Source of the DNA: Octopus vulgaris
Lineage: Eukaryota
Length of the DNA: 64,000 nucleotides
NCBI GenBank assembly: GCA_951406725.2
Contig: OX597816.1
Span: forward strand, 84,010,001-84,074,000
Direction of reading: 5' to 3'
A program made the position numbers and the translations under genes. Below, piece by piece: positions 58,639 to 64,000 of this stretch; the first letter of the stretch is position 1, and every line of letters starts with the position of its first letter. The notes beneath the pieces were generated by a model. It did no database searches and was not told where the DNA came from. It saw nothing but the letters and a program-made list of their open reading frames with translations.

Positions 58639-58920
58639 TTATTGCTTGGAATCGAACTCGGAATCTGGGAGTTAGTAGCCCGAGCTCTTAACCACTACGC
58701 CATATGGGCAGTTATGGGGTGAATTTTAGGGCTTATAAATCTAATATTTTCCTATCCTTCCTTAATACCGGTATTAAGGAAGACACCTAATGAAGGCTGG
58801 AGGGTATAACAGCCGAAACGCTGTGCTAACAGCAAACAAGGTGAGGACAAATATCCGTCAAATGTAAATTATGTAAATAATGTACATAACTCCTCATCTC
58901 TTAAATATAGAACTGTATAC
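58250..58920 (-). mobile_element. tRNA-head/HHR element with upstream inverted partial copy
   Basis: Minus strand: A box TGGCGTAGTGG (58692-58702), B box GTTCGATTCC (58648-58657), (AAT)n, HHR at 58298-58342. Also a 26-bp palindrome at 58757-58782 and a plus-strand HHR copy at 58783-58826. Confidence 0.85.
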
Positions 58921-60026
58921 AGCTGATAATGAGCGCCAAGCTAGTGTTCCTGATGAAGATAGGAGAAGTCTTTTCTCACTACGGTTCCTACATTCTGGAT
59001 AGTCTGCTGAGAGGGTGTCTTTGTCTGTTATGACTATATTGATGTCCAAAACAATCACATCAAACATCGCCAGGTTATACTTGCTTGCGAATGACGACTA
59101 TAGTTTAGCTGTGATTTCAGAGAAATTTAGTTACTATTTTTGTAAGTCGACTAACTACAAAGAGACTTCCTCGTTGGTCCAGAGGGTTTCTGCTAACACA
59201 GATAAATCAAAGAGGAAGTTATGGTAATATCCCTACCCTACAAATACGAGGTTTGGTGTCTGTGTGAGAAATCAATATCGTATTAATAATATTGGGGCGA
59301 GGGGATGGGGGCGTTTGAGGTGGAATTTGTAAGATGACAGTGAAGAGCATTGCATAATATATTTAAGGACCGAGTTCGAATCTTGTCGCCGTTAATTCAG
59401 CCTTTTCATAACCGTTCGATCAATATCCAAATACAGGTTAAATACTGGAGATGGAGTTTATCTGCTAATCTATACCAAATGAATTTACAGCTTCGCTACC
59501 TAAGTACTATGAAGTGAATGTCGAAAGTGTTAAAAGATATGCTATCAGTAGTAGGCACCACAACATATATTATTGTCTGCGATCGAATCCCACACGGGCA
59601 TCCAGCGAATATGTGTAAGTCATATACTATCGTTTCCATCATAATGTGTAGTCTTCAGGAAATGTAAAATTCAGTATACTCAAAACAATATTATATTAAG
59701 GCACAAATAAATATTCAAAGTATATACATACATACACACACATATTTATGCATTTAAAACTTTATCACTCTCTTTATATATACATACATACATACATACA
59801 TATATATATATACATACATACATATATATATATACATACATACATATATATACATACATACATATATACGTACATACATATATATATACATGCATATATA
59901 CATACATACATACATATATATATACATACATATATATATATACATACATACATATATATATATACATACATACATACATACATATATATACATACATACA
60001 TACATATATATACATACATATATACA

Positions 60027-60077
<51 letters not shown>

Positions 60078-60163
60078 GTCTGGTTTGCATATATATCTTC
60101 AATTATCATCAATCACTTTTTTTGCATAGCGCTTGTATATTCTCTTCCAAATATTCATGCATG

Positions 60164-60199
<36 letters not shown>

Positions 60200-61026
60200 T
60201 ACATACACATACATACCTACATAGATAGATATGTGTGTGACTGAGTGCACGCGCATCCGTACCTGTTTGCGTGTGCGCACGCGCTTATGTGTGTGTGTAT
60301 GTGTGTGTGTGCTTGTTTGAATATTGTGCGTTTGGTATGTATTGTACTTGTGTGTAAGCGTGAATATGCAAGTACATATGTGTGAGTGTGTTTGCAATTG
60401 TGCATGCTAATTGATGTGTATGAGTGACTATGTTTACGCGTGCTCGTGTGTGTGTGTGTGCGTGTGTGTGTATATGTTTATGTAGGTAAACATATATCTT
60501 CGATCAGTCTCCTTGCTTTGACGCTTGTATTCTCTCCATATCATTCATTACCAATTCTTCAGTATTCACTCTCTTTGATTGATTACAAGACACAAATACA
60601 TAAATTGTAGTTTATTCAGAAATAAGCTAGAACAGACCCCCCCCCCCCCTCCCGGCCCACACCTCCTCCTTCGACCCCCACCGTTCCACCAAGACCATCG
60701 ACTCTTCAACCCCTCTGTGTATATGGAAACATAAATATTATGACCATTCTGTATTTAGAGTCACCTTTCAGCATTGATTACACGGGACATGATTCCGAAA
60801 GACCAGCCAGGTTAGCCAGTTTCATCTAGATATTTTAACTTTCTGTCTTCCATTGTTTTTTGTTTGTTTGTTTGTTTCTTTGTTTCTGTCTTTTTGTCGT
60901 TGTTTCTTTCTTTCTTTATCTCTTTCTTTCTTTTTTCCCTTTTCTTTCTGTGGTTCTTTCTTTTCTTTTTCCTTTCGTTTTTCTTTCTTCCTCCTTTCGT
61001 TTTTCTTTCTTCCTCCTTTCGTTTTT

Positions 61027-61059
<33 letters not shown>

Positions 61060-62084
61060 ACTTCTCTCTTTCTTTTCTTCATTTCTCTCTTTCTTTCTCT
61101 CTGTCTGTCTGTCTTTTGTCTTTCTTTCTCTGTCTTTTTCATTCTTTCTTTCTTTCTTTCATTCTTTGACTCTTTCTTTTTTTCTTTCTTTCTGTCTTTC
61201 TTCTTTCCTTCACGATTTTCCTTAAGTTCAACTTTTCACATTTATTCCGTTCACTTCACTCTTTCTTTTCTTCTTTTGCTCTTCCCTTTCATCTTCGCTC
61301 GTTTATATTTCTGCCTTTCTCTCTCCACTTCCTAATTCTTTCTCCATTATATTGGCGTTTGCCTTCATCTCCTCCAGCGCTCCTCGTCCTCCTCTTCCTA
61401 CTACTACTACTACGCCGCCACCGCCGCGTAGTTTCGGGATCAGTACCTATAAGTTATAGTACGGAAACTATCTGTCGAAATCCTGGGCCGAGCAAAATGA
61501 CCTGTCAATGATATTTCATTATCAGAAACTGTATGGAAAACCGTCACATGTGGCCTTGTGTGTGTGTGTGTGTGTGTTTTAGTGTGTGTGTGTGTGCCCG
61601 TGTGTGCCCGTGTGTGCCCGTGCGTGTGTGTTTGCGTTTATTTCCTATAATCGAAGGGTTCGATAAATAGACAGCGATAAAATAGGTACTAGACTTCAAA
61701 AGGCACTAGGTCGATGACTGAGTGAGCACCTTAAAAGTGGTAACCTAGCATAGCTGCAACCCAGTAACTGGGCTCTAGAAAAGGGCAAATGTGTAAAAGA
61801 ATATTACAAATTGAATACTAGCTTCTTTATTCATGACACATAAGACTTCACACTTTCTTGTTTTAAATATAATTGTATTCTTTCGGCTGTGCACCAATAT
61901 GTATATGAAATAGCACGCAAATATGTTGCGGTACATGTTTCTGAGACGGATAGTAGGATGTAATTTGAAGGAGATTTGTTTGGTATTTCTTACAGATCGA
62001 GCAACTGCATAGCGATTCCAGTGATTGCCTTGAAAATATTGGCTATGCTAGTCGTTTTATTCAGACTGAAGTTATGTTATAGAT

Positions 62085-62735
62085 CAATGGTTATCAGCCT
62101 GGGGTCTGCGAAACCCCTGTTGGTCCGCAAAGGTAGTACTAGGGGCCCGTGAACTAAATTCTAAATTTCATATATATATATACATTTATATAGGAATTTT
62201 TTTTGTAATGAGATAAAAAAGCAAGGCTGTGAAAATTTTAGAACATTTATAAATAGAATGTCTTACAACTGTTTCCAAGATAATTTTTATATCCCTTCAT
62301 CGGAGACGGTGTAAGAAAATGGTTAAGTAATAGTTAATTTAGATAAGATTTGAAATAGAGAGTGAAGTGGAGGAATGAATTCATTCCCCAACTCTCTATT
62401 TTGTATCATATCTAAATTAATTATTACTTAACCATTTTCTCACACCGTCTCCGATAAAGAGATATAATAAATATCCTGGAAACAGCTGTAAGACTTTCTA
62501 TTTTAAAATGTTTTTTATAAATGTTTATTCCTAAAGATTTCACAGCCTTAGTGTTTTTTATTTCATTACGAAAAAAAAATTTGATATATACACTCGCTGA
62601 TATATGACCTACGTTGGATTCCTTTATTCGCAATATCACCGAACCTGGAGCTTAACTATGGTCTATCTATAGCGCTTACTCAGCAGTACCTGATACCTTT
62701 GGGTCTTACTGACACCGTTATCTCTCATAACCTCC

Positions 62736-62821
<86 letters not shown>

Positions 62822-62894
62822 ACAGAAGGATAAGTATATTAAAAGGTAAGACTCATTTAATTAAAAGGGTTGGGAACCCCTGTAGGAATCACTG
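62085..62894. mobile_element. hAT-type non-autonomous element with 8-bp TSD and nested insertion
   Basis: TTATAGAT at 62077-62084 and 62895-62902; ends CAATGGTTATCAGCCT and AGGGTTGGGAACCCCTGTAGGAATCACTG. Confidence 0.7.
62195..62581. mobile_element. ~390-bp palindrome with one hammerhead per arm
   Basis: Centre GGAATGAATTCATTCC at 62372-62387; HHRs at 62260-62307 (-) and 62447-62494 (+). Confidence 0.85.
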
Positions 62895-64000
62895 TTATAG
62901 ATATTGAACTGCTTTCTCTGCTTCCTTTGCTTCAGTCGTTGGACTGCAGCCATGCTGGGACACGGCTTTGAGTTGAATTTTTCTATTGTTTGTTGTTTTT
63001 TTGTCATAGAATGATTTTGCTTACTTTTGAAGAGCTTTGAAATAGATTGAACAACAATTCCTAGAAGGATGAACATCACATAAAAAGCATAACGTTGTTA
63101 TGGGCGGTTTCCCAGGCATGAGACCCCAGTTGTGAACACATTGTTGGCAGCTGGGTTAAGTGATAACAGTATTAGTGAAGCGCCAAAGAACAAACACTTT
63201 TGAAACATCACAGTATTTAGTTACGACCTATCACATGACATATAGATAGCTAGGTAGATAGATAGATTGACAGACAGACAGAGAAATAGGCAAAACGGTC
63301 GATCAACAGACAACTTGTTAAATAAGGAGGTAAGCTGAAAGATTGGTTGGTTCATAAACCAATAGATAATTAAAGATTCAGCTGAGAAAATACAAATGGT
63401 TAAATTCATAATTCGAATGATAAAATATAGAAATAGAAACTGACTTGAAAATATATCTATTAATATCAATAAAATTATTGATGTAAATAGATATATTAAT
63501 TGATAGCATGATATATGCAGCTGCATGTATACATTCACATATGCGTACATACATACAAATGTACAAACGTATACACACAAACACAGATATATATGTTGCT
63601 ATATTTGGGGACGGCCATTTTGCCAATAAGCACACGCACACTATATTTGATCTTCACTTTAGCTTTATTGTTATTAGTTATTGTTTACTTCACAGATTTC
63701 TTTCTTATATTCTGTGATCTCAATGACTACTTGTTCTTATCTTTGTGTCCGCTTTTTTCTGACCTTTTCCCGTTTACTCCATATTGTCTCTCTGTGGTAC
63801 CTCCGCATGCGTTTCTGTCTGTGCCTGCGTCTTGGGATTTGACGTGTATACATGTGTTTTGCGTGTATATTCCACTGATTGTATCTATGCCTCTCTCTTT
63901 ATTTTCCTGTGAAAATATGTTCAGGCTTTACGTTGCAGGGTGAGGGTGTTACTATTGCATTCGTGCTTTCTGTTGAGGTTCAGTGTACTTCCTATTAGGA

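Noticed and set aside
58633-58710. tRNA gene
   Set aside because: A/B boxes and an anticodon-like arm are present, but there is no proper acceptor stem; it is a SINE-like head. The same applies to the other SINE heads.
58950-58990. CTGATGA motif (also CTGAAGA at about 29865)
   Set aside because: No compatible GAAA, stem III and UH arrangement.
60822-61335. Lys/Arg/Glu-rich or Phe/Ser-rich ORFs
   Set aside because: Polypyrimidine (TTTC)n low-complexity tract.

Overview
This is a very AT-rich, microsatellite-saturated animal genomic window with no convincing host protein-coding exon. Nearly all ORF-track entries are translations of simple repeats such as (TA)n, (CA)n, (TATC)n, (GAT)n and (ATT)n. 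The repeat content suggests an octopus-like cephalopod, which is an inference. Recognisable features include at least three tRNA-headed SINE families in many copies, a decayed mariner transposase, CR1/L2-like LINE fragments and several MITEs. The main signal is a dense, diverse set of hammerhead ribozyme (HHR) motifs read by eye: about 11 well-formed and about 5 degenerate, from roughly 8 or more unrelated short repeat families. Most have the short or palindromic stem III typical of Penelope-associated minimal HHRs, and many sit in inverted (foldback) arrangements. They include a tRNA-head + microsatellite + HHR element, a 212-bp HHR element with an 11-bp TSD, a highly structured retrozyme-like monomer, an HHR with a 74-nt loop II, and recurrent non-canonical cores (CCGAUGA, CUGUNGA). 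All folds are manual and untested.
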